In this document: positions 25,462-36,560 of the stretch, one piece after another
Layout of the letters: each line of letters begins with the position of its first letter
Position numbering within the stretch: position 1 is the first letter of the stretch
Source: Podarcis liolepis
Lineage: Eukaryota
NCBI GenBank assembly: GCA_965112155.1
Contig: OZ218101.1
DNA length: 64,000 nt
Direction: 5' to 3' (one strand)
Notes under the pieces: generated by a model
Databases searched by the model: none
What the model saw: only the letters and a program-made list of their open reading frames with translations
Told to the model about the DNA's origin: nothing
Program-made: the position numbers and the translations under genes

Positions 25462-28147
25462 GTAAGTAAATAGATATAAGTTGTTTCTCAAATATAGTAT
25501 TTTTACTGATGTTATTATTCACAACATTGGATTATTATACTCAAATACATGGGCTGCTTCAGGTGATATAGCTAAGGTACCAACCCTGGATAGAATAAAC
25601 CAGAAACAGTAGCCACATTCGCTCCCCTTTTTCTTAATACCATCCCTCACACAATGGAGCATCATCTTTACTCCAACCAGAGTGGATACACACAAACTCG
25701 GAAACAACTGGCAGCCATAAAAGCCTCTGCTGCCACAATTTAAGAAAATCTAGGGACAAGTTGCATGCCTCCTTTTGCCTGCCCAGTTGCACTAGCCATA
25801 GCATTAGGCAGAATGAGACTGCCGCCTTCGGTGGCAGATTTGAGGCATCATTGTAAAAGCCATGAATGGTCAATAAGTTAATCCATTTTATTTTCACTGT
25901 AGAGGGAGTGTCATTTGAATTTTCTGCTTCAGCAGTTTCCAAAATATATTGCCTTTTTGCCGATTGGTAGATGGAACAATTAAGTGAAGTGAGAGCTAAA
26001 ACCCCACAAACTTTGTTATGGAAATATAAACCTCCCCTCCCACTCCAATATTCCCTACAAGTGATGCCTATCTGCTCCTTCCTTAAAAATTACTGTAGTG
26101 CAGTTCATGCTGCACTTGTTAAAACATTTTCTAGGACTGTTGTGTTGCAGCATGTTACTTGGCAAATAGATAAACAAGTTCAGAGCTAAACAAAGTGCCA
26201 GCAAAATATTAGTCTATATATAGCACAATAGTGGTACTGTAGATGTTTTGATTTAGTTGACTTACCCGAGCCTAGAAACCAAGCTAAAAAATGAGAAAAC
26301 GCTGTCAGGAAACTTGTAATTGGATCTGCTTGTTAATGCATGATTGGGCTCATAGACATTTGTGACCAATTTATTATTGAGGTAACTCAATTAACCTCAA
26401 AAGTGTTGCAGGTGAGATGAATTTGACCTTTGTTTAGTATTAACTGCATTTTATTGGCATCTCTGGTATGTTGTTGAAGAGATATCCACAAAGAGTCTGA
26501 ACTAAATATTGGGTTTTAAAAGGTAGAAAACACCATTCTCACTTATTCGGATGGGGGAATATATGAGAGTAGAGTGGAGACAGCTTTAGGACATCTGATC
26601 CTATTCTGTCTTTGAAAGAATATTTCCTTCTTACAAGGCAACACAGGATAAATGGCTATGATGTCTTCTGAATATCATACCCTGATCATCATGAGGAACA
26701 GAATATTCTGTGCTGCAGAAGATTTGAAATGTATGCTGGGGTACTACCTTGAAACATAGCTGATGGTGGCTACTAGTTCCCTATACACAGAACTGCATGA
26801 ATAGACTGAATAAGAAACTAAAATTCATATATCCCCGCACCCTGATACATGTTTTGGGCTACCCTATTTCATACATCCCCATGTCTGGAAGACTGCCTGC
26901 CCTTTGAGAAGTCATGTGAATGGATGCACAGCTTCTCTGAAAGCTGAGCATGTTCTAGAAGAAGCAAAGCACGACATAAGATGCCTGGACCTCAGAATAT
27001 GGATCAACAACATTGTAATTCAACCCTGGAAGTAACTGACTTCTAGCACAAATCTCATGGAAAATAGAGCAAAGCAGCTACAACTTTCTCCAGTCTAAAG
27101 AGGTTTACTTGTTAGATCTCTTTCCTTGCCTTTACCATGAGGTCCCAGGAGGATTACAAATTGAAAATACAGTATTAAAAACTTGCTACTATATTACACA
27201 CTGCTCTATGGGAGACCACACATGGGCAACTGCCCAAGGACTGTACTTTTTTTCTGCAATGAAGACTTGCCAAACAGTTTACACCTCCAAGCAGAAATAG
27301 AGCAAGCAGGAAAATGTCACATTGCCATCATTCTAATTCCTATGCAGAGAACATCAGTTCAACTATAACACAGAGCATACTGTGCTGTCATCTGGCTATG
27401 GATTGTAATATAGTGCAGATCCTCTGAATTATTGGATTTTATTTTGTTCTCGTATTTTAGTTTTATTATGGTGTATGATGAAGCCAATAAAACTTACTTA
27501 ACTTGTTGCAAATCTGAATCAGCTGCATGTTGTCCTGACTGATGCCTGTGCACAGCTATTCTAGAATAAAGGAAGTGCTCAGAAGACCAAGAGGAAAGCT
27601 CCAGTCTGTATTCTATGGAAGTTAATGAAAAACTGATTCAAGGCACATCTCATCTTTGGTTATTGCATTAAGGACTGCGAAAGAATTAAAACTGAAGTCT
27701 ATGAAGTAAGGACCGGTAAAGTTCAGCATTAAAATATGATTGTTTCTTATCAAAGTTTCAATGTGCAGTGTACTTCATAATCCATCTCATTTGTCTTTGC
27801 AATGACCCTATGAATTATATCATCATTATTCTCTGTTTTACAGCTAGAGACAGCAACGTACCAAGACAACCCAAATTCCTACAGAAGCAGGAATTTCAGC
27901 CTGGGACAAATCTCTACTTGTTCTGCAAAGAGGGTTTCATGGTCTCCAAAAGTAATTACTGCCCTCAACTCTCAGTAATTTGGGCCTGCTTAGATTGATG
28001 GAAACCAGCCATAAATAGACAAGGTAGGAAAATTGTGGGTGTGTGCTGTATGGTAATAATCATCTTACTTTTATTCTCTGTAGGTTGCAGTCATCAGATC
28101 TGCTGATTTAATGAAGTGAGGTTCTTGTGGCTAAGAACACAGTAATA

Positions 28148-28813
28148 ATGTTGGCAGTATTAGCCCATGGACACCATCTCTTTTTGGTTGGCTTCTTAGG
28201 CTTCTGTCTGGATAGTTTTGTACAAGGCCAAAAGAATAATACTCTTATTTTCACCAAGGAAAGCACGATTCGTAACTGCACATGTCCTGATGATATTAGT
28301 GACAATGACTGCGATTACAGTCTGGCAAATCTGATCTGCAACTGCAAGACTGTTTTGCCCTATACAATAGACAAAAGCTACTACAATAATCTGACAATTT
28401 GGTTCACGGAAACATCCATGCTGAGAATGCTGTTGAACTTTACAGCTGTGTATGACCTGAAGCTCTCACTATGTGGCACGATTCCGCTGTCAGCAAAATA
28501 TCTGACCATTTGGGGACTGCGAAGACTACAGATAAAAAGTGAGATCAATGGCCAGATACGAGAACAAAGCTTAACTATATACAGCAGCCACGACAATGAA
28601 GCACAAGGCAAATTAAAGATGCCATGCAGAGACAGAAACATGATCACATACATTGCTGTTTTAGACACCTCTCTCTTCAATGGCTACTCTCCACTAAAAT
28701 CATACAGTGTGGAAAACATCTCCAACATTACAGACCACTTTCCACATCTGCCATATTTGGACACGTTCTTCACCACAAATAACAAAAGCTGCATTATAAC
28801 ATTCATATACTAA
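28148..28813 (+). CDS. C21orf62: C21orf62/EPCIP (exosomal polycystin-1 interacting protein) orthologue, single coding exon, 221 aa
   Basis: ORF from ATG 28148. Hydrophobic signal-like N-terminus, then GQKNNTLIFTKESTIRNCTC, CDYSLANLICNCKTVLP, LKLSLCG, LKSYSVEN and C-terminal ITFIY, matching the human protein as I recall it. Several N-X-S/T sequons. Splice acceptor upstream (ttttattctctgtag ending 28083). Confidence 0.93.
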   Translation: MLAVLAHGHHLFLVGFLGFCLDSFVQGQKNNTLIFTKESTIRNCTCPDDISDNDCDYSLANLICNCKTVLPYTIDKSYYNNLTIWFTETSMLRMLLNFTAVYDLKLSLCGTIPLSAKYLTIWGLRRLQIKSEINGQIREQSLTIYSSHDNEAQGKLKMPCRDRNMITYIAVLDTSLFNGYSPLKSYSVENISNITDHFPHLPYLDTFFTTNNKSCIITFIY

Positions 28814-31800
28814 CACAGTATGCTTGGCCATTTCTATAGAGGAGCCATAGGCTGTTGCCAGAAATATGATCCTGTAGAAACAGAGCTCTTGGCATTCCTT
28901 TAGAAGATGGAATCCCCAAGGGATTCACTCACTTTGGGGCAACCATGCCAATGATGGGAGGGGCCATGCCAGCCATGCAAAAACAATCAGGGTATGAAGT
29001 AGGGCCAGTGAAGGGCATGGCCTGAGAAGAGCTCTGAGGGCTAGAAATTGGCTCTCGGTTCCCCACCTTTGCTTCAAACCACACACACAAATAAAAATGT
29101 AGAATGAAACCAAATTAGCACTGGCTCTATATTTTCTATTTGAGTAAACAATGGGGGAGTTCGTTTTCATTCAGAGCTCCTCTGTTAGCTGTCTACAACC
29201 TGCTATGTTCAAAACATAGGCTAACTGACTACTTGACTCTTTGGTCCTATCTCAAGCAACAAAATTGTTTATAGAGCTCAATAGATTCAGCACTAACTCC
29301 CAATCATTATTCATCATGAAGTATGCCCTTAAAGTATGCTGTGCTTAAAGTGCCCAAGCATTACTCTGAACTGGGTCCATAGGATCAGGTATCCTAGGAT
29401 ATTGCTTGGCAAATATGGATTGATCTTACCAACATTTTAAATTGGAAAATAATGCCATAACATATAATTAAAAGCAGCTACATTAAAATAAGCACCTAAC
29501 AAACTTGTAGATGTCCAGTGACAGAGAGAAAAATATGTCAAGAGTTATAAGGGGAGTTGGAATAATTCAGGAAGTTGTGATGAGTTTGCTTGACTAATCT
29601 TCTTTCAGTTGAAAGAAATAACTGGTACAAATCCTGAAAACAGGAGGCTTCAAAACATAACTCATGCAGTAGTTGGATTATTCATATGTCCTGAAATGCA
29701 TAATTAAATTCCACTATGATAAAAATATAATAAACCAGCTTCCTGGATGGAAAAAAAATTGATGGGACAAAGTAGCTGTCCACTTCATGCTACAGACCCA
29801 TCAAATATGAGCTAGAGATCTAACCATGTATAGGACTCAGCTCTTAGGTTGAACACTAATTCAGATTGAGGAAAATATTTTAAATGTCCAGAACCCTTGA
29901 AGCAGTGCCAAAAAACCACTTCCAAGATTTGAAGTGTTAAGTACCGACAGCCTTAAATATTGATAAGTACCAGCTCTTTACAGCACTTGTTCCATCTTGT
30001 TCCATCCCATGATGCTCTATTATATTAATAAACATTTATAAGAGTGCCTAAAATGTACTGTGCACTGTTCAAACGTTAAAAAGCAAGACTGTAATCCTGC
30101 AACCAAACACGGTCTAACACAAAAGGGGAAGGGATCAGGAAGGAAGCTGAAAACATGCAAACTCAGGTTCTAATTTTTAAACTTAACATACTTGTTCTTA
30201 AGAGTGACCAGCTGGAATGGCAAACGTTCAGGGAGAGAAGGAAGCAGCCAAATAACAGCTGTTTGAATGCTTAAACATGGAAGATCAGGCAAAAGAAATA
30301 CTTCTTATGCCAGCCATGATCTCACTGGCAGCTGGTGCCACTGGCATGGGAAATAACCATGCAATTGGCCCTTCCATCATGAAGTTATGCAAGTGTTCTT
30401 AAGGTGACCAGTTGGAATGACAACTGTTCAAGGGAGGGAAGAACCAAATGGTAGTTGTAGTAGTGTTTAGACATTGGCCCAGGAAATGACCATGTTATTG
30501 ACGCCTTCCCTCATTCAAATATTACTGAAGCAGTAGGCAATGGAGCCATGAAGGAGTAGGAATCAAACACATCTGTAAGGTTAAGAACTGCCTTGGACAA
30601 TGATTTAGGTACTTCATGTCTTAAGTTTTATTCTGTAATTTTATTAGTACAAAATCTAAGTATGTGTAAATTAAAATAAGCAAATTAATGGCTTCATTCC
30701 AGGTAATTACATTACCCCTCAGTGTACTTCTCAGCACTACACAAGTGGTTAGCACAAAGCTCTCCAGATCATTGGCTCCTCTACTTCCTATAGTGTTTCT
30801 GCAGTGCTGGATTCTTATGCTTTCAAGCCTCTTCATATATATTACATATTTAATATACACATTTAAATGTTTTATATGCACACATTAAAATGCAGTGATT
30901 GTGGACATCAACTGTATACTCAGTATTGTGTGCCTCATACAGGTAAATGCACCTGTAGCTGGGGTTTTCAACTGTATGAGCAGATTAAAACATGTTTTGT
31001 TACTGTATAGCACAAAATGATGCTTAGAGAGAATAAATCAAAAGAACATTCTGAACTTATTACTATGTCTTGTTGACCAGATAAAAAACAATGTAGATAA
31101 ACACAATGTCAAATCAGCAACTTTTGGAAATAATATACGTAACTTTAATGTCAAATGACTTTCTTATACAATATTCATGATCATATTATTTAACTGTGAT
31201 GTGGATTTCTCCTTGTAACACCATAGCTCTTGACATTTGACTAGCTGATAATAATTACTTATGAGTTACGTTGTTTGAGATGCAGTTTGTATTTGGAATA
31301 CTAAGCTCAGTAAACAGTGTGAACAATAATGTATCCAGTTTTACCAGATGAAAATGTTATCATGCACATCAAGTTTTAACTAAGCACAGCTATATTCTTT
31401 GCAGTTTTTACTAATGCCAACTAGCAAGTGATTTTGCTTGAGCTACGTGATTATGCTGAATAAAAGACGGTTTTGAAGTATTTTATATTATTTTCTAGTA
31501 CGCTCTATTTCGAAGCTTCTGTGTAGCTTGCAAATGTGTGTGCAATGAAATATTAAAACATATGCCTTTGAGGGACTTTCAATGCAACTAGCTGACTTCT
31601 TGCAGGAGTCCTAATTCAGTGCACATTCCTCCTTTAGCCACTTCAGCAACAACTGTGGGTGGCAGAGGTCCTATTTCTTCTTACATATAGCCCCCTTATG
31701 TTGTTAATGCCTCCTATAGGCTGGGTTCCTCTCTCTCTCACACCCACACCCACACCCACACACCATACTCTATATTGCTCAGTAAACTAACACATTACAG

Positions 31801-33034
31801 GGACGATTGTGACTCCCTCCCACTCTGCCATAATGGCTTTGTGGAGCAGTGGAAACACTGTTGTAGCTACAGCAAGGCTGTTTTGGCCAACACTGGCACA
31901 CGGCAGCCATGAGACTGGCTTAGGATCCAATGGCTCATGGGCCAGCTCAGCCTTGTCCCTTCCCTTGCAAAGTCACATTTTGGGATTTTCTCTCAGATAA
32001 GCCAGGAGAGCTAGTTAGAGGGGCAGCTCCACCTAATCCAAACCCACCCACCTCAACACAGTGTAAGAGGGGTTTGGATTGTACCGCTAGTGAATACACC
32101 AATTCCCGTGTAAAAAGTACTGGCATTTAATTCATATCAAAATGCGAGAAAAATGTAGAGACATGTTCACAGAAGCACTAAGCAGTTAGTCTACATTAGA
32201 TTTTGACTGAATTTCATTAAATATTATTTCTCAGTGAGACAAAAGATATTTCCAAGAACAAATTGTGCACATCTATAGCCTTGAAGGAAAGGTTCGGCAC
32301 AATTCCAGATTCTGATATAAATCTTAATATTTTGATATTGTTACTATGTACAGTAGATGAAGCCCTAGTATAATCAGATGAAAGTAGTGAATATCTTAAG
32401 AGTCTGCTGCCCCCTAGTAACAAAAATATATATTGAACTAACAAAAAAGTATTGAACTACAATTGTGAGCAAGATAGTAGCAATGACAAAATTGTACTGT
32501 AATATGAATCCAGAAACTGGGACCAGCTTTGTTATAGCTAGTTCTGTACAGCTGTATCCTCCAACCAAGCTGATCGTAGTTTCCATATTTCTTTATCATG
32601 GAAGGGCATAAGGACAAAGTTACTAATGACCATATTTTAAATCATGAACCTCACAATTGCAATGCAGTAACATTTCAGCTGAAATATGAAAGGACAGGAA
32701 GTTCACACTAAATAATCTGGAGAAAAGAAGCCATAGCAGAGAACTGAGATATTTGACAAGATAAACAATACCGCAACATACCTGTGAACAACACACTGTG
32801 GCCAACTTAAAAAACAATGCATTTGGGCAAAACCTTTTCTGAAAATGGCTCATCTCAGAAACTACACATTCAATATTTTAATGTAGCTGGGATTGGGCAC
32901 TACTGTGTTCAACCCAACCCCTCAACACAGCCAAATGAGCACTGATTGGTCAGTGGGCAGAATGCTGACTGTTGAGGAGATGGAAGGAAAACCCAAGCAT
33001 GTGAGGAATGGAGTGACTGCAACCATGAACAGAA

Positions 33035-33272
33035 ACACTGCAATACGGAGCCCCGTTCGCATCCTGAACAGAACACAAGACGTGACAGCACGTCTGCGCA
33101 TGTGCGGGTCGTGTTTCGCCGCTTCCGCATATGCGCGTGACGTCATTTTGACCGTCTGCGCATGCACGAGCAGCAAAACCCGGAAGTAATGTGCTCCATT
33201 ACTTCCAGGTCGCTGCAGAGCGCAACCCGAAAGTGCTCAACCTGAAGCGCATTTATCCCAAGGCATGACTGT
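33035..33272. mobile_element. Tigger-like MITE (truncated)
   Basis: Repeated CTGCGCATG units as in 54508-54744; ends AGGCATGACTGT. Confidence 0.65.
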
Positions 33273-33481
33273 CTTTTGTTATAGGGCCCCACTTGCATTT
33301 TCTATTTCTAACCTGGAGAGTGCAGTGCTTATGTAGCCAAATCAATGCCCATGGACAAGAGACAGATTCATGCAAGTACAAAATATGACCATGTTAAAAG
33401 AGGGGGACTGCATGGGTGGATATAATCACATGGGAGAGGAGTGAGGTTCAGAACAAGAGATGGGAGAGGTGAGTGATGAAG

Positions 33482-33762
33482 AGAGATTCGAACTTTTTTC
33501 AGCTAGAGGGCTACATTCCCTTCTAGAGGCCTTCTGAGAGCCACATGCCAGTACTAATGCAAAATCAGGGTGAACAACAAATAAAAATGTTACCTTCATA
33601 TAGTAGGCTAGCTTCTACACACACCCCTCTCTATCTCCAGACAGACAAGGCAAAAATATTTGGAAGCAGAGAAAGTGAGGGGTGTGGCCAGGGCAGTGTT
33701 CCAAGGGTCAGAGAAGCCTGGAGGGCAACATTTGGCCCTCAGACCTGAGGCTGTCCACCCCT
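33482..33762. mobile_element. Old hAT MITE
   Basis: AACTTTTTTCAGCTAGAGGGCTACATT ... TTTGGCCCTCAGACCTGAGGCTGTCCACCCCT. Confidence 0.5.
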
Positions 33763-33948
33763 ATGCTAAGTGATCAAGGGAGGGATGAGGGGAACTTGAA
33801 GTGCTTCTGTGGCTGCCTGGCAGGTCCTTTCCTACTTGCCCCTTTCCTTCAAAAAGGCAGCCTTAAATAATGAGATGCACCTCTCCCCTCAGCTGGAGGT
33901 AGAGAAAGTCCCCTCAGTAGAGTCCAAGGTATGAGTACTTGTAAAGCA

Positions 33949-34042
33949 GGGATGTAGCTCAAATGGTAGAGCAAAAGGTCTGAGGTTCAATGCTTGGGTG
34001 TCTCCAGATAGGGCTGGGAAAGTCACCTGCATGAAACCCTGA
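33949..34042 (+). mobile_element. tRNA-derived SINE, truncated
   Basis: A box TAGCTCAAATGG, B box GGTTCAAT; same family as 50694-50870. Confidence 0.7.
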
Positions 34043-34906
34043 TGTCATAAAAGTTGTGGGTGTCTGAGGCAACCAGCCTGACACATTGCCCACTCTCCTG
34101 GTTGTTGAAGAGCATCAGTCACCCTAAATATGAGCCTCACTTGCATGTCAAGACCCCATAGCCACCCCCTCGTTGGGAAATAACACACACAAGGACATGG
34201 GTTTAGGCTAATGTTATTGGGCAAATTTGGCCACAACTTTATTGATTACAGAATGTGAGCAGTATTGGCTTAGGCATTGAATGGACCCAACTATATCTGA
34301 CCCCTGCCCGATGCGCAGGAAGTCCGGTAAGGGTAAACCACTGGAAGGGGGAGCCCTGTCGATGCATACCATCTCGAGTTCCCCCTGGTGTTCCCGTCGG
34401 GGTCGTGTCATGGCCCTAGCCCACGACCCGGGCTTCGGACAAGATCAACACCCCCAGATTCCTTTAATGGAATACTCTTAAGCATGGAGGGGCAGATGAT
34501 GGCCATACCTCTCCTCCTCATCACAAGGTCAAACAATGCATCAGAGTCACCCTAAATATGAGCCTCACAAATAGGCAGCAGAGAGGATGTTGAGAAGCAG
34601 GTGGCTGGCCTGCTCAAAGGAAAAATCCAGAGGTGCCCTCGAGGAGTTTGCTGTGAGGTGCCTGGCCCTGCTGCCTGCCCACCTTCACTTACTCCAGGTC
34701 ACTACCTAAAGAAGACCTTTGAAGGTGCCAACAGGGCCAGTTAAGAGCCGAACAATCCACATCTTCAACAGCTAGCAGCTGTACCTCCTTGGATGAGAAG
34801 ACTGCCCAGTGCTGGGTTGCTTCCCGTTTGAGAAACCATGGGCCGATTTGGCTTGTTTATCCGGCCGACAACGGGCACCTTCAACTCACCCTCCTCCTGC
34901 CTGAGA
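34043..34906. mobile_element. LTR-like insertion
   Basis: Begins TGTCA directly after the SINE; GC-rich; contains an exact 24-bp internal direct repeat; right end uncertain. Confidence 0.45.
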
Positions 34907-35419
34907 ATTCAGAATTTTAAGGCTCTCACCCCCCCCCCCGGAGGCCCAACTTGTCGCTTTCTAATTGTTAATACAAATCCAAGTCTCTGTTAAAATATAG
35001 GCGCAGGAACCTGTTTTAAAGTCAACATGCGCTCGTAATTGTTCGGTCCGCCACTTGCACGTACAAGTCCTGACTCGATGCAGCCGTCAAGTGCCGGAAC
35101 ACGCACCTGTCAATCAGCCCTGATGGAGGGGAGGGAAGCCGTGCGCCCCCCCCCCGCCTTTGTTGGACTTTGTTGCCCAATGGTCACAGCTGACGGGAGT
35201 TGGGAGTCCTGCAGCGTCTGGCGGACCACAGATATTTTATCCCTACCTGAAAGCATAATAACCCTTCTGTGCTATGAAACACATTTAGGAGATGAAGCAA
35301 AAGGCGCCCAGCAGTCATGGCATAGCACTAGTCCAATGACAGAGGAGCATTTTTAATGCCCCTCCCCCCACAATAATACCGCCGTTCCCAGCAGAAAGAA
35401 TCCCATACAGTAATATCCT

Positions 35420-36560
35420 TTCCTTTCTCCCCACCCGCACCGCTTCTGCAGGCTCAAGATGGCGGGTTTCTACAGCCACCACCCTGGCGGCCGCTCTTGC
35501 CGCCGCGTCTATGGTGAACGAAGCGAAGCGTTCGGTCGCCGCAGCAAGCCGTCCACTTCCCCGCCTCCTCCCCATGACGGGAGGAGGGAGGGGTCAAGCC
35601 GGCGGCGAACAGCAGAGGGCGCTGTGACCAACTCCCGGGTTTATGGCTGCGATGATGCAGTTGCGGAGAGCGAGTTGAGGAGCGAGCGGCGGTGTGCGCG
35701 CGCGCGCTCTCTCTCTCCGGGCTGCTGCGGTGGTTGCGCCCCTGCGCCCGTCGCTCTTTTTCCTGTGCAGGTCCTTTCCCGCGCGCCGGTGTCGGTTGGG
35801 CCTGAGCGGAATGTTCCGCAAGGCGCGGCGCGTGAACGTGCGGAAGCGGAACGAGTCTGAGGAGGACGACGAAGAGCGAGACGAGTCGCCGCCTCAGCAG
35901 CAACAGCCGCCGGCGCCGCCGCCGGGAGGGGATGGGCCTTCTGGAGAGGCCGACCTGCTGCCGGGTCCGAAGCCGCCGCTTCTGCCGCTCCCGACGGGCT
36001 GTGTCCCCTTAGCCTGTCCCGGTGGTGGTGGTGGCGGCGGCGGCTTCGGTTTCGGCGGCCCTGAAGCGGTCGGCCGAGGCGGCGGTGCCGGGTTGACGGC
36101 CCCGCAGCTCCAGCCTCCTCCGCCTGTTCTTATCCCTACCCTGCCGCCCCCTTCGCAACAGACGCCCCCGGGGAACAACGGGCTGGTGCCGGCGGCTTCT
36201 AAGCTGAAGGAGCGGAAGAACAAGAACAAGGAGGAGCCGCCGCCGCCGCCACGCGGGAGCCTCAGCCTCCTCAGCTTCCAAGACGAAGAAGAAGGTGAGC
36301 TTGCCTAGCGGGCGCCCTCGTCTCCACTCCCTCGGCCGAGGCCTAGTTGCTCCCGCTGCCCGGTCAGCGTTGAACTCGCTGCCGTTCGCCTTCTCCACCC
36401 CGCTTTGCCTCCCCAATTTGAAACTCGGTTGCTTCAGGCGGGGAGGCTTTCCCGTCCCCCGCCTTCCTCCGGCCTTTGCTAGCTTACAACCTACCTGCCA
36501 TATGGCAAAGCGCTTCCGCTTAGGCTGCACGTTAGTGCCTACACCGTGTGTATCATTCTG
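35420..36560. promoter_or_regulatory. CpG island / PAXBP1 promoter
   Basis: Very GC- and CpG-rich over exon 1; YY1-type CAAGATGGCGG at 35455-35465; CTCF-type CAGCAGAGGGCGCTG at 35610-35624. Confidence 0.9.
35811..36294 (+). CDS. PAXBP1: PAXBP1 coding exon 1
   Basis: MFRKARRVNVRKRNESEED...LLSFQDEEE; donor AAG|GTGAGC, phase 1. Confidence 0.95.

Noticed and set aside
28127-28147. ORF-track start of C21orf62 at 28127
   Set aside because: It is a GTG; the first ATG at 28148 better fits the orthologue length and signal peptide
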